A stretch of DNA of 64,000 nucleotides from Amoebidium appalachense (Eukaryota > Protista > Ichthyosporea). Positions 1-25,631 of the stretch are shown here, in pieces; positions within the stretch are counted from its first letter, which is position 1, and the number at the start of each line of letters is the position of its first letter. The position numbers and the translations under genes were made by a program. The DNA is taken from the NCBI GenBank assembly GCA_963693365.1, contig CAVNZM010000007.1, forward strand, positions 248,001 to 312,000, given 5' to 3'. The notes under the pieces are model-generated. The model saw only the letters and a list, made by a program, of their open reading frames with translations, was not told the DNA's origin and ran no database searches.

Positions 1-574
1 ATTCCAGCTGAACAACTGCAGCCGGGCGAGGGTGGCAACCCAGACAACAGGGGGGCTGTCACGGACCTCAGCAGTGGGGGTGGCGGCGGCAGTTCTAGCG
101 GGGGTACTATTCCCCAGCAACAGCCGCCGTCGGGTGGGAGCGGCGGCACAGGCAACAGTGGCGGGGGTCGTATTCCCGGAGGGGAGCAACTGCGGCCGGG
201 TGAGAACGGCGGAGACAACGGGGGGGGTGAGTCGGAGCCCAGTGATGTGGGTGGCGGCGGCACCGGAAACAACGGGGGGAGTGGCTCGGGGTCCAGCCGG
301 GGTGGCAGCGGCGGTTCGGGGGGAGCCTCCTATTCCGGAGGGTCAACAGCAGCCACACACCGGGGGCAACCCTGGAAACGTAAACAGCGGCGGCGCTTTT
401 ATCCCCCCCATTATAATCAACCCCGAGGAATCACGGCAGTCGGATGGGAATGGCGGCGGCAGTAAGGCACGGTTCTTGAAGGCGAGGAAAATGACTCACC
501 GTCACCGTACCAAGTCGGGCCAGCACGCACCCTACGGCTATGATCCGCTGTACACTCACAATAGAAGATATTAG
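1..574 (+). CDS. 3' part of a Gly/Ser-rich low-complexity protein (starts upstream of window; one frame break at the G6 run 318-323)
   Basis: Frame 1 is open from base 1 (IPAEQLQPGEGGNPDN...TIPQQQPPSGGSGG...RIPGGEQLRPGENGG). The same IP-x-x-Q/GG pattern continues in frame 2 after about 324 (EPPIPEGQQQPHTGGNPG...YTHNRRY*). No recognisable family. Confidence 0.5.
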   Translation, partial: FQLNNCSRARVATQTTGGLSRTSAVGVAAAVLAGVLFPSNSRRRVGAAAQATVAGVVFPEGSNCGRVRTAETTGGVSRSPVMWVAAAPETTGGVARGPAGVAAAVRGEPPIPEGQQQPHTGGNPGNVNSGGAFIPPIIINPEESRQSDGNGGGSKARFLKARKMTHRHRTKSGQHAPYGYDPLYTHNRRY

Positions 575-782
575 GGGAGGCTTTGCCGTATAAGTTGCTA
601 TGTTGAAGCCTGAAGGCGGCATAATAGCTTTTTAAGTTGCTTGCTGAGCTTGCCACAGCATCAGTACATGTGCATGTGCACTAATTAGAGATTCGTTCAG
701 TTCAATAGTAGTACTGTACTACCGGAGTCTCCTGAGCCTCAAACTCGGATGGCGTCATAACTGCTCAGTACAATTTTGGTTG

Positions 783-818
<36 letters not shown>

Positions 819-844
819 CCCGCCCGTGTATGTGTGTCGTGTAT

Positions 845-876
<32 letters not shown>

Positions 877-1820
877 GGGGGGGGGGGGGGGGGGGGCGGC
901 CAGGAGGGCGTGATTGTGTGCGTGGTGCGTGTAGTGCGAGGCTCTAATAAACAAACATGATCAACACAAGCCAACGTAAAAAGAGGCGAACAAAAACATC
1001 TGTATCATAAGAAGTAATCAAAAAACCAAAAAAAACAACAGCGAAAATACAAATAAAACCAAAAGTAAAAGCTTTTGAAATAACCCAAACAAGGCAAGTT
1101 ACAGTACATCCATTGTGTGCGACTCCCCTTAATTGCCGCAGTTGTACGAGACAGTTTTTGCGGATTCCACATATTGCATACAAGCATGTGGCTATGGGTG
1201 CTTGGCCGGCCCACACTCTGGCCCGTGCATATCGGGCAAAGCAAAAAATATCATGCAGTGCACTAGATTCCTTCTTTTTTACAGTTTAATGAAAAACCGT
1301 TTTGCGTGTCAAAACTTCCCGCCCAAATTTCTATATTTGGCTAATAGGTGCGCGACTGATTGGTTCATACGATTTTTTTGAGATTGCGATATTCCTCCCT
1401 TTTTTTTTTTTTAGTTATTAGTATGTACGCTGGCAAGTTATCCCTCCCCCCCCCCCCTCCCCCCGCTCACACACACACGCACCACCCCCGTTCACCCCCC
1501 CCCCCCCCCTCCCCCCTCCCCCCTCTCCCCGCACCCCCCCCCCCCCCCCCCTCACACAAACACCGTCACACACACACACTCTGCAGTCACACACCTCCCA
1601 CACCACCGCAAAAAGGGTCCCAGGACTTCATGGGGGGGCAGCCTGAAGGGAGAGGGGGGGGAAGGGAGGGGGGAGGGGGGAGGGGGGAGGGGGGAGGGGG
1701 GAGGGGGGAGGGGGGAAGCGAGGAGGGGAGGAGGGGGCCCGGGGAGGGTATGTTTGACAGCACAGATGGCATGTGCCCGGCGGTCGACCGCCCGCTGTGT
1801 GGGACTCTTACTTGAAAGAC

Positions 1821-1874
<54 letters not shown>

Positions 1875-2477
1875 TACTGCGGTGTGTGTGTGTGTGTGTG
1901 TTTAGTGCGTGAGTGTATAATGTGTGTACATGTGTGTGTGTGTGTGTTTAGTGTGTGTGTGTGCGCGCGCGTGTGTGTTGTGTGTGAGTGTGTGCTAACG
2001 TTTGTGCACGTGTGTGTGTGTGCGTTTAGTGTGCGTGTGTGTGTATGCCACAGGGTATGTGTTTGCATGCATGTGCGTCGGTGCACTTGCATGGATGCGT
2101 ACATGTTGCGGCCCACTCCAAGCCAGTGTACGGCCGTGCATGAGCCGAATTTATGGCGGGAAATTTCTCTTACGGGTAGTGTGGTCTCAGGCTCGTGAAA
2201 CATACGGCACGTGCAAAATTGCCCAGCTGCCGCTTCCAACAAAACACATATCATACGGTATACAAGTTAGCCTTTCGTGATCGGTGGTCAGGTGGCTGAA
2301 CACGGGGCGGGAGGAGTGGGTGGGTGGATGGGTGGGTGGGTGGGTGGACGGGTGGGTGGGTGGGGGGGGGGGGAAGGGGCACCACCACCAAGGCCCTGGG
2401 GAAACGTGGCGGGAAATGTGTGTGGTGTGTGTACACATGTGTGCGTGTGTCACATCTGTGTGTGTGTGTCTGTATGT

Positions 2478-2524
<47 letters not shown>

Positions 2525-2860
2525 ATGTGTATGTGTGTATTTGTATGTGTGTGTGTGTGTGCCTGTGTGGCACTGTGTGTATGTTTGTGTGTGTAGTGGT
2601 GGTGGTGGTGGTGGTGGGGGTGTTACAAGGGGTGGCACGGTGTGGGGGGAGGGGGGAGGGGTCGAAACAGAATCTTATCCCAGACAGGCAGGTCTAGACC
2701 ACTAGAATCTCAAGTTATTAAATTTCTAACTAGAATCTCAAGTTATCAAATATCTAGCGCTACAACCTCATGATATCAGGAGAATCTTATATTTAGCCTA
2801 CCTCTGGATAGCGGGGTGCTATAAAGAACACCTTGGTGTGTTCGTGGGGGAAAAGTGTGT

Positions 2861-2891
<31 letters not shown>

Positions 2892-3030
2892 GGGGGGGGG
2901 GAGGGAGGGTGTGTGTGTGTGGGGGGGTGGGGCGTCAGGAACACGGTTTTGGGGGGAAAAGGGGGGGAGGAGGGGAGGGATGGTGGTGATGCTGGCAGGG
3001 TGAACACGGTGGGGAGGGGGAGAGGGGGAA

Positions 3031-3072
<42 letters not shown>

Positions 3073-3334
3073 GGTAATGTCAAGGTAAACACGGTGTGGG
3101 GGGGGAGGGTCAACATGGTTTGTTACTGCAAGCACCATTTTGATTCATTCCAAATACCACTTGGTAATGGCTTAGAAAAAACTTTTCACATATAATCACA
3201 CACTTACCCCAGTCCATCTTTATCGTTCTAGAAACTGCAACAGTACACCTACTACTGCAATTACAAACAAAAACCTATTACACCTGCCCCCCTCCCCCCC
3301 CCCCACCCACCCACCCAGCCTCCTCCCTCCCGCC

Positions 3335-4676
3335 TCACACTTTCTGCCTCTTGTTTTTATTTCCCTCTCCCCCCTTCTTCTTCACTTCCCCCTCCCCCTT
3401 ATCTGGCATAGGCCCACCAGGGGCGATTTTAATTCCCCCCAAAACAAAACCACTATTTGCACTCATGGTGTTCTCTGGGTGGGACCTCATGGGCAGTATC
3501 TGATACTCCCTCGTCCATGTTTCGAACAATTGCACACGGATGCATCCTGCGTTTTTGGCTGTGTGGAAGCACTCGACTAGAGGCTCCTTGTATGGATAGT
3601 AGACGGCAAAAGACCGCGACAGACCCAAAAGGGGAAGGAGGGACGCGAGGATGGGCTCCGGTTGGTATTTTGTGACGATGATCACAGCGTCAAACCCACC
3701 CCTAGCAACACTGCTCGCCGCCGCATGTCTTGCCGCCCTCGTAGTGTTCCTCTTCAGTATTCTTTGTTCCCATGCCTCATCCCACGGCCCATCCTTGGGG
3801 TCATGTACCGCTTTACGTGCCAACATCTCTTCCATGTCTGTGTCTGTACCGGGCGCCGTTTCGTCTGCTTTCGCCTGTGCCACCTTCACACTATCCAGCG
3901 GGAATGTTTTGAGCGTAGACATGACCTCCGGCGTGAAATCATAGGGCTCGATGAGTTGGGTGGGGGGTAGGTCACCCACGTGCAACTGCACACATTCCCC
4001 CTTGCCCCCCAACCGCTCCAACACTGACGCCACGACTAATCCCTGCACGGTGTCGGCTACCAAAACACGTGCACCCGGCGCAATGGATGTTTGTGTGAGC
4101 AACTGAGCGAGGGAATCCACACGCATTTGCAGCACTTTCTGTGCGCCCTTGTCGAACATGAGCTCGCACAGCCGCCGTGTGGTGATGGGAAGAAGGGTAA
4201 CGAGGGAGATGTATTTCTGCTGTTTGCGTGCGAGGTATTTTGCCTGGCTGAACTCTGTTCTCTGTTGAAACGACCCACTGTTATCCACCAGCAACTTAAT
4301 AATTTCCTCTCCGCTCTTCCCCTCCTGCTTCAACCTTTCAATGTCTTCGTGTGTGAGGCTCTGCTTCGCCGTGTCATCAATGATCTCTCTGTTGTCCCCC
4401 GTCGGTTGATCCTCTACCTCCGTCATAAAAACATCGGTCGGTGCTTCCGAAAGAATCAAAGTTCCGTCCTTCGTCACCTCGTATGTTCTCCCATAGGGTT
4501 GGTCTAGGGCATTGTCGAGAACGAATGTGAGTTTTCCAAAACGAACCTTGCCCCCTCTCTTCGCAACAACCATCTTGGTGGCACCATCCTTCCCCTCCTT
4601 GCGAACTAGGAGGTGTTCTCCTTCGCGCACGTACACACCCTTGCGTGCGGGGGGTAGGTGGCGCGGTTGCTTCCAT
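3335..4676 (-). CDS. TRM6: tRNA (adenine58-N1)-methyltransferase non-catalytic subunit Trm6/Gcd10, intronless
   Basis: Gcd10-family motifs DNREIIDDTAKQSLTHEDIERLKQEG, LVDNSGSFQQRTEFSQAKYLARKQQKY, MRVDSLAQLL and WTREYQILPMRSHP. Likely start is the ATG at 4676 (MEATAPPTP), in frame with the body if one G of the G6 run 4649-4654 is removed. Confidence 0.93.
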
Positions 4677-5163
4677 TGTGTGAGTGTATGTGTATGTATA
4701 CGTGCTTGTGACTTTTGTGTGTGTGCACTTGTGCCTCTGTCTATGCGTGTGTGTGTGCGCATTTGTTTGTGCGTGTCTGAGTGTGTAAGGTGCTTTTACG
4801 TGCGCGTGTGTGGTGCGTCGGCGCACGGTGAGACCTCGTGGGTGATGGGTCTAACAATGCTGCATATGATATGTTACCGCTAAAGAAATACAACCAAACC
4901 CCTCTATCCTCGAAACACCTGGCTATGCTGGGCAAGTCAATCTTCGACACAACAATCCGACAAAAAAAACGGACAAAGCTCAAGTGTCTGGTCCTACGCC
5001 AACGTTTCGCACGTGTGTGATCGATCGATCGATGCACACGTGTTTACCTGCCGGCTCACCCAAATAACCGCCACAAGTCAAGCCCACACAGCTGTTCAAC
5101 AACGTTTCCCTTCTTACGCGTATGCGCGGGGACACAACGATCACCCATCTCTAGCGCTTTTCT
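4677..5163. promoter_or_regulatory. Bidirectional promoter between TRM6 and TRM1, containing a near-palindrome with two E-boxes (5010-5042)
   Basis: Divergent ATGs at 4676 (-) and 5164 (+), 487 bp apart, free of homopolymer tracts. CACGTGTG-TG-ATCGATCGATCGAT-G-CACACGTG at 5010-5042. Confidence 0.6.
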
Positions 5164-17891
<12,728 letters not shown>

Positions 17892-18635
17892 GCAGGGGTG
17901 GTGGCGCTTAGACTGGCCTAGGGACCCATTAACACATATCCCCCAGTGTGTGTGTGTGTGTTTGGGGGGGGGGGGGGGGGTGGAGGTTGAGCTAGGCCGA
18001 AAAGTCTTAAGAGTCCAAGCAATCATTGGGCGATTGTGTTTGTCTGGAATGTAGACCAGGCGCGTGCAAGGGAAGGGGTGCTTCTCGTAGGTTCCATGGT
18101 GCCAATATATTTCTTGTAGTGCTATGTAGGTGGCCATGGGCACTATGATAGGGGCATACTAATCAAACCCTTTGGTGGTTTGAAGTTTTATAACAAGTAT
18201 TTAGAAACAAAGACGAAGTGATATCAAGGATAAAATATTCAGACTGTGGAATCCGAAGTTGTCGTCTTCCCCCCACCACACACACACACACATGCACACA
18301 AACCGGTGGCCGGATGGCTTCCCCGGGTCCTTAGGATGGGCACTAATTTGGCATATTCTTCGTGTGTGCTCCTTCAAATACTTTTGCCCAAATCGTCGTG
18401 TGTTGGTCATCCTGAATTCGAATTCGACTGTGACCATGATACTAATTACATAATGCATTCTAGCAGCCGCAGCTCCCCCCCTCCCGCAGTCCGGCCCGAG
18501 TGTTGCTCCCTGGCCCAGCATGCGCACAAGCATCCACATCAATTGGTAGTGTACACACACACGCACACACACCCCATATACTATAGGGCAATGACAGGCA
18601 CACGCGTATGCACATAAACAGAGACTGACACACAT

Positions 18636-18671
<36 letters not shown>

Positions 18672-19300
18672 CCCTTGACACCAGAGCAAGAAAATATTAA
18701 ACCGAAATAAAGGGCGAGTTTAAAGAATTGAAGCCCCCATATATATGCATATGACCAGGCAAGAGATCATGATCAAAAGATAAATCGCAAACACATCCTT
18801 AAGGGATACATGTGCACGAGGGTAGACAGGTGATTGCAGACGAAGGCTTTAATATCGATGTTTTTTTTTTGTTTACACGTTGCCGGGCAGCCGGGGGAAT
18901 GGAGGGGGAGGGGGGGGGGGGGGGGGGGGGGAGAGGCGGGTTGATTAGACTTTTAGAGCGTTGTCTGTGCAGATGATTTTCCCAGTATGTCTCTAAAGTA
19001 AATACCTTGTTGATGACGTCAATCCGGCAGACTAATTTGGCGCCAAAACCCGCGCCACCCGATGAAACAACACCATCCAGTTTCTTTCTTTGCTTAGGAG
19101 CATGTTTCATGAGCAGAGCGCTCGCAGTTGGTGGCTGCTACAGTGTACTGGGGTTTATTATAAGCTATAGCTAAGTACACCTTTACAAGCACTCGTAGCC
19201 AAAAAACAAAATTGGCAAGCTCAACATGGCTTTATAGTCAGTGAGCTTTTAACGCCACCAAAAACAAAAACACAGAGCCCATAAACACCCAGACAAGAAC

Positions 19301-20619
19301 ATGGCAGGCCCTTCGGGGGTAGATGGTCTTTGCGGTGAACTTCTGGTGGAGATTTTTTCTTGGCTGCCCCTTCGTGACCGTCTCACCTGCACTCTTGTTT
19401 CCATGCGTTGGTGCTGGTTTGTCCGGAAAACACCATTTACGAACCGCTTTTTTTTGGGACGAAGAGACATCACTCAAAAGACTCCGTGTCGGTTTGAAAG
19501 TCTGGAGGTCAGCTCTTCGTTCGGTGGACGTGTATCTGCGCCATGGGACCTCCGATTTGACTCGCGAGCTCCGTGCATGGCTGGACATTTTGGGGCCACA
19601 CGCCACGGGTTTGGAGTGGTTCGCTGTCAACTATCCACTGCAGTTGGGTTTCTCGCTAACACAAGTGTCCGACCTAACCCATCTTGAAGCCATCCCCTCC
19701 ATGAAGCGGCTGAGCATGCGCCAGGCTGCCCTCCAGGACCTACAGACCCTTCAGCAGCTGAAACACCTTCGTGTGTTCGAGCTAATCAATACCACCATGT
19801 CGTCATCCAGTTTTGCAGCGCTTAGCACCTGCACCGCACTCGAGGAGCTAAGACTGTGGCCACCAAGCAACATGGAGACGGAGATTACTTTGCAGCCCCT
19901 CACCACCCTCACCCGCCTCACAGCACTCCATACCAGCAACAAAATTCTCCCCTCCGATCTCTCACCTTGGCCCCTCGTTCGCTTGGACGTCTCTTGTACA
20001 ACCAACATCGTCGCTGTGCGAACAGCCCCGCACCTTCAAAGCCTCAGCATTCGACATGTGGACGCACATGCTCGCCTGTCCGCTCTTTGCTGCTGCAGAA
20101 ATCTCACCACTCTGAAAATGGAAACACAACGCCCATCGTCCTTGCCAGCCCTTGATTTTCTTCGCACGTGCACCAACCTCAAGCGCCTACACATGGAACA
20201 CCATAGACTAGACAACAGTATTATTGACATATCCCCTGTTTCGGCCTGCACCCACCCAACTAACGGAACTTCACCTATCATTGTTCAAGAACGTTAACGA
20301 CAAGTCTCCTGTGTCCTCTTGCGCCAAACTCCACGTCTTCCGCGCGCACAACTGCAACATTTTAGATGTTACTCCCCTTGCCGTTTGCACGGAACTGTGC
20401 AGTTTCACGGTGGTATACAATCGGTCCGAACAAAGGACTGATGATGGCCTGGAGACCCAACTCGCACGGCTATGCACTCTGCCACATCTCAGATTTGTAG
20501 ATGTGCGTTGGACTTTTAAGTTCAGCGAGAAAGAATTGGTGCTTGTGCAGGAGCACGTAGCTAGGAATGGAGGGAGGGTGCTTTTTACTGAGGGACTGTT
20601 TGACATTCTCCGTGCATGA
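19301..20619 (+). pseudogene. Intronless F-box + leucine-rich-repeat gene with two frame breaks
   Basis: F-box LCGELLVEIFSWLPLRDRLTCTLVSMRW. LRRs such as LSTCTALEELRL, LRTCTNLKRLHM, VSACTQLTELHL. Breaks at the T8 run 19448-19455 and at a 4-bp duplication ACCCACCC near 20250-20257. Confidence 0.8.
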
Positions 20620-21176
20620 GCACGAGCGCGAGGGGCTGTAACGGTGTGGCCACTCTACTGGGGGTGTAATCCGTGAAGTGGGGTATATACTGATAACGGG
20701 TAGTATGGGGCAGCTATTATATTAAAGCCGATGGAGACATGTGGGATTTGAGTCATTCTGTGCTTGCTTTGCCATTTCACTTCGGTCATAGCCCCATTTC
20801 CGGGCATCATCTACCTCTTCGATAGCTGAACAGTTGGAATGTGTCTTTTTGTGCCACTTCTATGGATGATAGAATGGGTGTTTACTGCGGCATGGCTCCT
20901 GTGTATGTTAATGAAATTTTCTTACGGTTTTCTCGACGGGCCGGCGTGGGGCCCCCCACTCCGTTTACTATAAAAGAGGTCTTCTTGGAATACGCCTTGA
21001 TAAAAATAATGAGACCCCCCCCGCCCCCCACCCTTCCCCCCTGCCCCCGGCCCTCCCTCCCTCGGAGTCCGTCTCCCTCCCCTCTCCCCCGCCCTACCCC
21101 TCAAAATTATTTTTTTTTGACTTGCACTCTCAACGTTAGCGGTATGCATGGTTGTATAGTACCTATTGGCGCGAGT

Positions 21177-21663
<487 letters not shown>

Positions 21664-24361
21664 TCTTATGCCGCGGGGTTCTATATTCGAGAATCTTTGT
21701 TATTATAATACATTATTATGTCTTTGTGTATTGTAATACATCCTCGGAGCACACACTCTCTCGAGATAACTCGCGGGAGCCTATGATTTTTCACTGAATC
21801 CGATAGTCACGCGCAGCATGGAGTAGTCGACTCCAACGGTACTGGTAGTATCATAGCTGCCTCTAGCCTGTACAGCCGCGCCCTGCGGGCCCGCCTTATA
21901 CATCGTCCCTTATACATCACAACATTGTATGGAGAAAAGAAGAAGAAGACCTAGCAAACACAACACCATTGCAGCGATAAAAGAAGCCTTAGAGAAAGAA
22001 AAGAAGGGAAAAAATAATTTAAAAAAAGAGGGGAAATGGGTAAAAGACGGGAATGAATACAAAAAAACGTAGTGCACAGGGCATTGCAAATATGTATGGT
22101 GCAGCGACCCCATATGCATCAACATAGCGCACGACCTGGCCTTATCCACGGGAATCGGTATACCCATCATCTTTTTCAGGGGGGTGCGTTATCCCATCTG
22201 TTGCGGAGATATTCAGTAATCCACATCTGAGATAACCTGGGATAAAAAAACTAGAAACACAATGTATTGTTGGGACTCTTTTAGGATAACTTACTAAAAA
22301 AAATATAAAAAAAATAACTTACTGTCATAAATGGCAAAAGTGCTGTAGGATAGTTTTACATAATTGCGGGTGAAATTGGCTTTGAAGTTGTAAACATATC
22401 CAAAGCCTTCGGAATGCGTGTCGCCTGGCACTTGATATTAAAGAGGGTTGTGCCAGTGTCGCGTCATGTTTCAAAATGTAAATTCATCCGCATTTTGTAT
22501 GCGATATAATTATTATAATATTTCTCCAAAAAACTATTTTATGGTTCATATTAGTTATCAAAGAACTTCTACAAACTATTTACTTGATACATATCATTTC
22601 TTTATATTTGCGTGAACATACAATCGAGTTTTCGTTATTTTCAACGTCACTTGAAAAGACCGGACACCAAATCTTGATAGCGGATCCGTTATTTCAAATA
22701 TCATGCCGTTGTTGATGTTATGGAGGATTAGGCCGCTTGCCCTTAATGTATCAAAATCCAAAAATAACGCGCCACAGTGTTATCAAAACAAGAAATATTG
22801 AAGAATTTTGTTTTTTTTACTTATACCAATCACAAAAGTCCGTAAAACTGCCTATAGCCCCGTAAATGCGCGGACATCAAATTGAGCTCTCTTTATTTTC
22901 AACATCCACTTGAAGATAACGGAAAAGTAATCTTGGTAGTGGATTACATTCTTGTCTTTTAAAACATTTATAGCATTGTATCTGGATCCACTGCATAGCT
23001 GATCTTCATCCAATCATCTTTTTATAATCCCTATCGTACAATCGGACGGTCGGAAGGTAGCTGTCATCAGTTCTGGCGAGTCGAACCAGTACATGCAGGT
23101 TGCTCAAGGAACAGGCTAACGGCACATTTTATACGTGTACGATATGCTGGGATCTTGTTTTTAAAAAGTTAGCGTATAGTATCTTTTAGCCGTCGCAGCA
23201 GATATCTTGATGGCCCATGATGAGGTCTTGGCCAAGGGGAACCCCCATCTGGCAATTGCAAACAACAGCAACTACATATGCCATCGGGAGTCGGGCAGTG
23301 GGGTCTCCGGGAGTCGGGCCGGTGAGGATTTTTATGCACAGCAGCTGCGGCGCGCACGTGCCAATGTCACGGGCAGTGGGCCAGTGGCACAATGGCATTC
23401 ATGCACCATGAATCATTCATGATCTGCAAGGCCCTACAACATATTATTAGGAATGAAGAGAGTTACAGCAGCATGAGGTAGCTATTTGAAACTCTAAGAG
23501 GGTAAAGAAAAGCGTTATTGACACGTGAGCAAATAATTCATGAAATTCAGCCAATAAGAATTATTTTTAGTACAATGATTTTATTGGTCGATTTGTAAGC
23601 CAAAAGAGCTACAACTCACAGTGTGAGCGTCGCTTTTGATTCGTTACTCAAAGGGTGGCGTGCTACTCATAACTTCATAAGACCACCGCACCACACACTC
23701 AGTCTAGTATTTTCAGCAGTCTGCCCTAATTATTGATTATTTTTGGTTTTATATTTGAAAATCAAACATTTTAGACAAGCATTTATACCGTCAGTAAGCA
23801 TTTTTGTAATATATTATCGTGGACCACGTTGTGGTGTGCCGTCTTACATCTGTCGACAGTGCGCTGTGGTGCACGGTACACCGAGTACTCATTGTACTTT
23901 ACATTTTCAGGATTATGATTGAAGGAAAATCATTATTTTGTTTGGTGTCTGAGGTTTGAATCTTATTGGCGGAGAGTAAACAAATAGGGCTTATGTCAGC
24001 TTGCACATGCAGAACAAAACTTAGCACATTAGCCTACATATTCTAACTATGTTTTTTCATGTATATATTGCTGAATAAAACAAACTGTAAGCAGTACTCA
24101 AAAAACAACTATAAACAACCACAGAAACATTATAATCCTATGAGTTGCAAGCAGTCTACATGGTCGCAAGTAGTAGATGGCGAAAGTTTATCTTGCATTG
24201 CTCACACAGGAATGCAATCATATCATATAAAAACCCACCACATTGAATAGTTTACTTTGGACAAAAAAAAAAAAAAAAACCACCTTGTGTGCACATTATC
24301 GTCCCCACACGTACCCATAAACAAAACATTTGGTGGGGCGGGCACACACAACTTCGCCAAC

Positions 24362-25596
24362 ATGCACAGCGCACTTGCCCTCTTGGCTCTTCTGGGGCTC
24401 TCCGTTCCCTCGTCAGCCCAAACCACTGCCGATGTCATCATCGTTGGCAGTGGTATGGCTGGGCTGAATGCCGCACGGACTCTTACCAAGGCGGGGAAGA
24501 GTGTTATAGTGCTGGAGGCAAGAGACAGGACGGGTGGGCGTGTGTGGACCGACAAGAAGACGTTCGGTTTCCCTGTGGACCTGGGTGCCAGCTGGATCCA
24601 TGGGAGCAACCCCAAGAACCCAATCACAAAGTGAGTCCGGTTTGCTGCATGTTGCTTTCCCTTCTGTTATTGTTGTTTCTTGCAAGTGTGCATCAGTTAG
24701 AAAGCCACAACACACACACACGCTCTCTTAAAGAGACCTGTTAACTCGATGGATGCATCTAACAAATTCACACTCCAGTTTTAAGCTGTTCTCTCAGTCC
24801 GAACGATCGGCCCTGCCCTGTCCCCTTCCTCTTCTCCGCTCTTTCTGAACTTCAGCATCAGGCACCTGTTTTGCAGACCAAGCAGACCCCTCTTGTATTG
24901 TTTAATTTCAAGCCCACGTGCAACATCCTGAGCTCTGCTGTCTCTCTGTTGCCTACCTCTTTTACTTAGGCTTACCTTAGACTCTTTCTTTCGTGAACTC
25001 TCCGCTTCTCTGGTCCCATTAATATTTCGAGGGTTGTATCTAAGAATTTTTTTTTTTTTTTTTTTTTAGGGAGGCGACTGCAGGTGATTTCGCCACTGCC
25101 CTTACAGACTGGGACAGCGACACTATGTACTACTCCAACGGGGACGAGGCGTCGGCAACGGACTCAGACAAAGCAGAGACCCTCTACGAACAGGCCCTGG
25201 CTGTACGTGCCCCCCCCTTCTCCCCCCCCCCCCCCTCCTCCCCCTTCCCCACCTCTGTCTCCCCCCCCCCCCTCTCCACTCCCACCCCCATCCCTCTCCC
25301 CACCCCCCGCCCACACACAAAGAGAAGAGGGGGGAGGGGGGGGCACACACAGCCACTCAAGAAACACAAAACTTACAACTTTCAACCCCAAAAAGACAAA
25401 ACATGCTAACCGCCCCTCTTCTCCCCCTCCCCCCTCCCCCCCGGGCACACGCACACCGACCGAAATATCACCTTGTTACTTCTTCCTCCCGATCCCCCCA
25501 AATTCTAACACCCTAATCCCCATATAAACCAACCAAAAGGCCTTTGACTGACTTTTCGGGTTGTAACTGGGATACTGTCTTCCCCTGCCTCCCCCC

Positions 25597-25631
<35 letters not shown>

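Noticed and set aside
739-3138. Many ORFs rich in HT, CV, P and G (also throughout the window, e.g. 6252-7802 and 52635-53909)
   Set aside because: They are translations of stop-free (CA)n/(GT)n and poly(C)/poly(G) tracts, mostly inside introns.
4677-4762. ORF-track N-terminus of TRM6 (MRTHTRIDRG...)
   Set aside because: CA-repeat-like leader; the ATG at 4676 with a one-base homopolymer correction gives a more plausible start.
21863-21895. Helitron 3' end on the minus strand (GCCCGCAGGGC hairpin then CTAG)
   Set aside because: The hairpin is short, CTAG is followed by A rather than T, and no 5' end could be defined.
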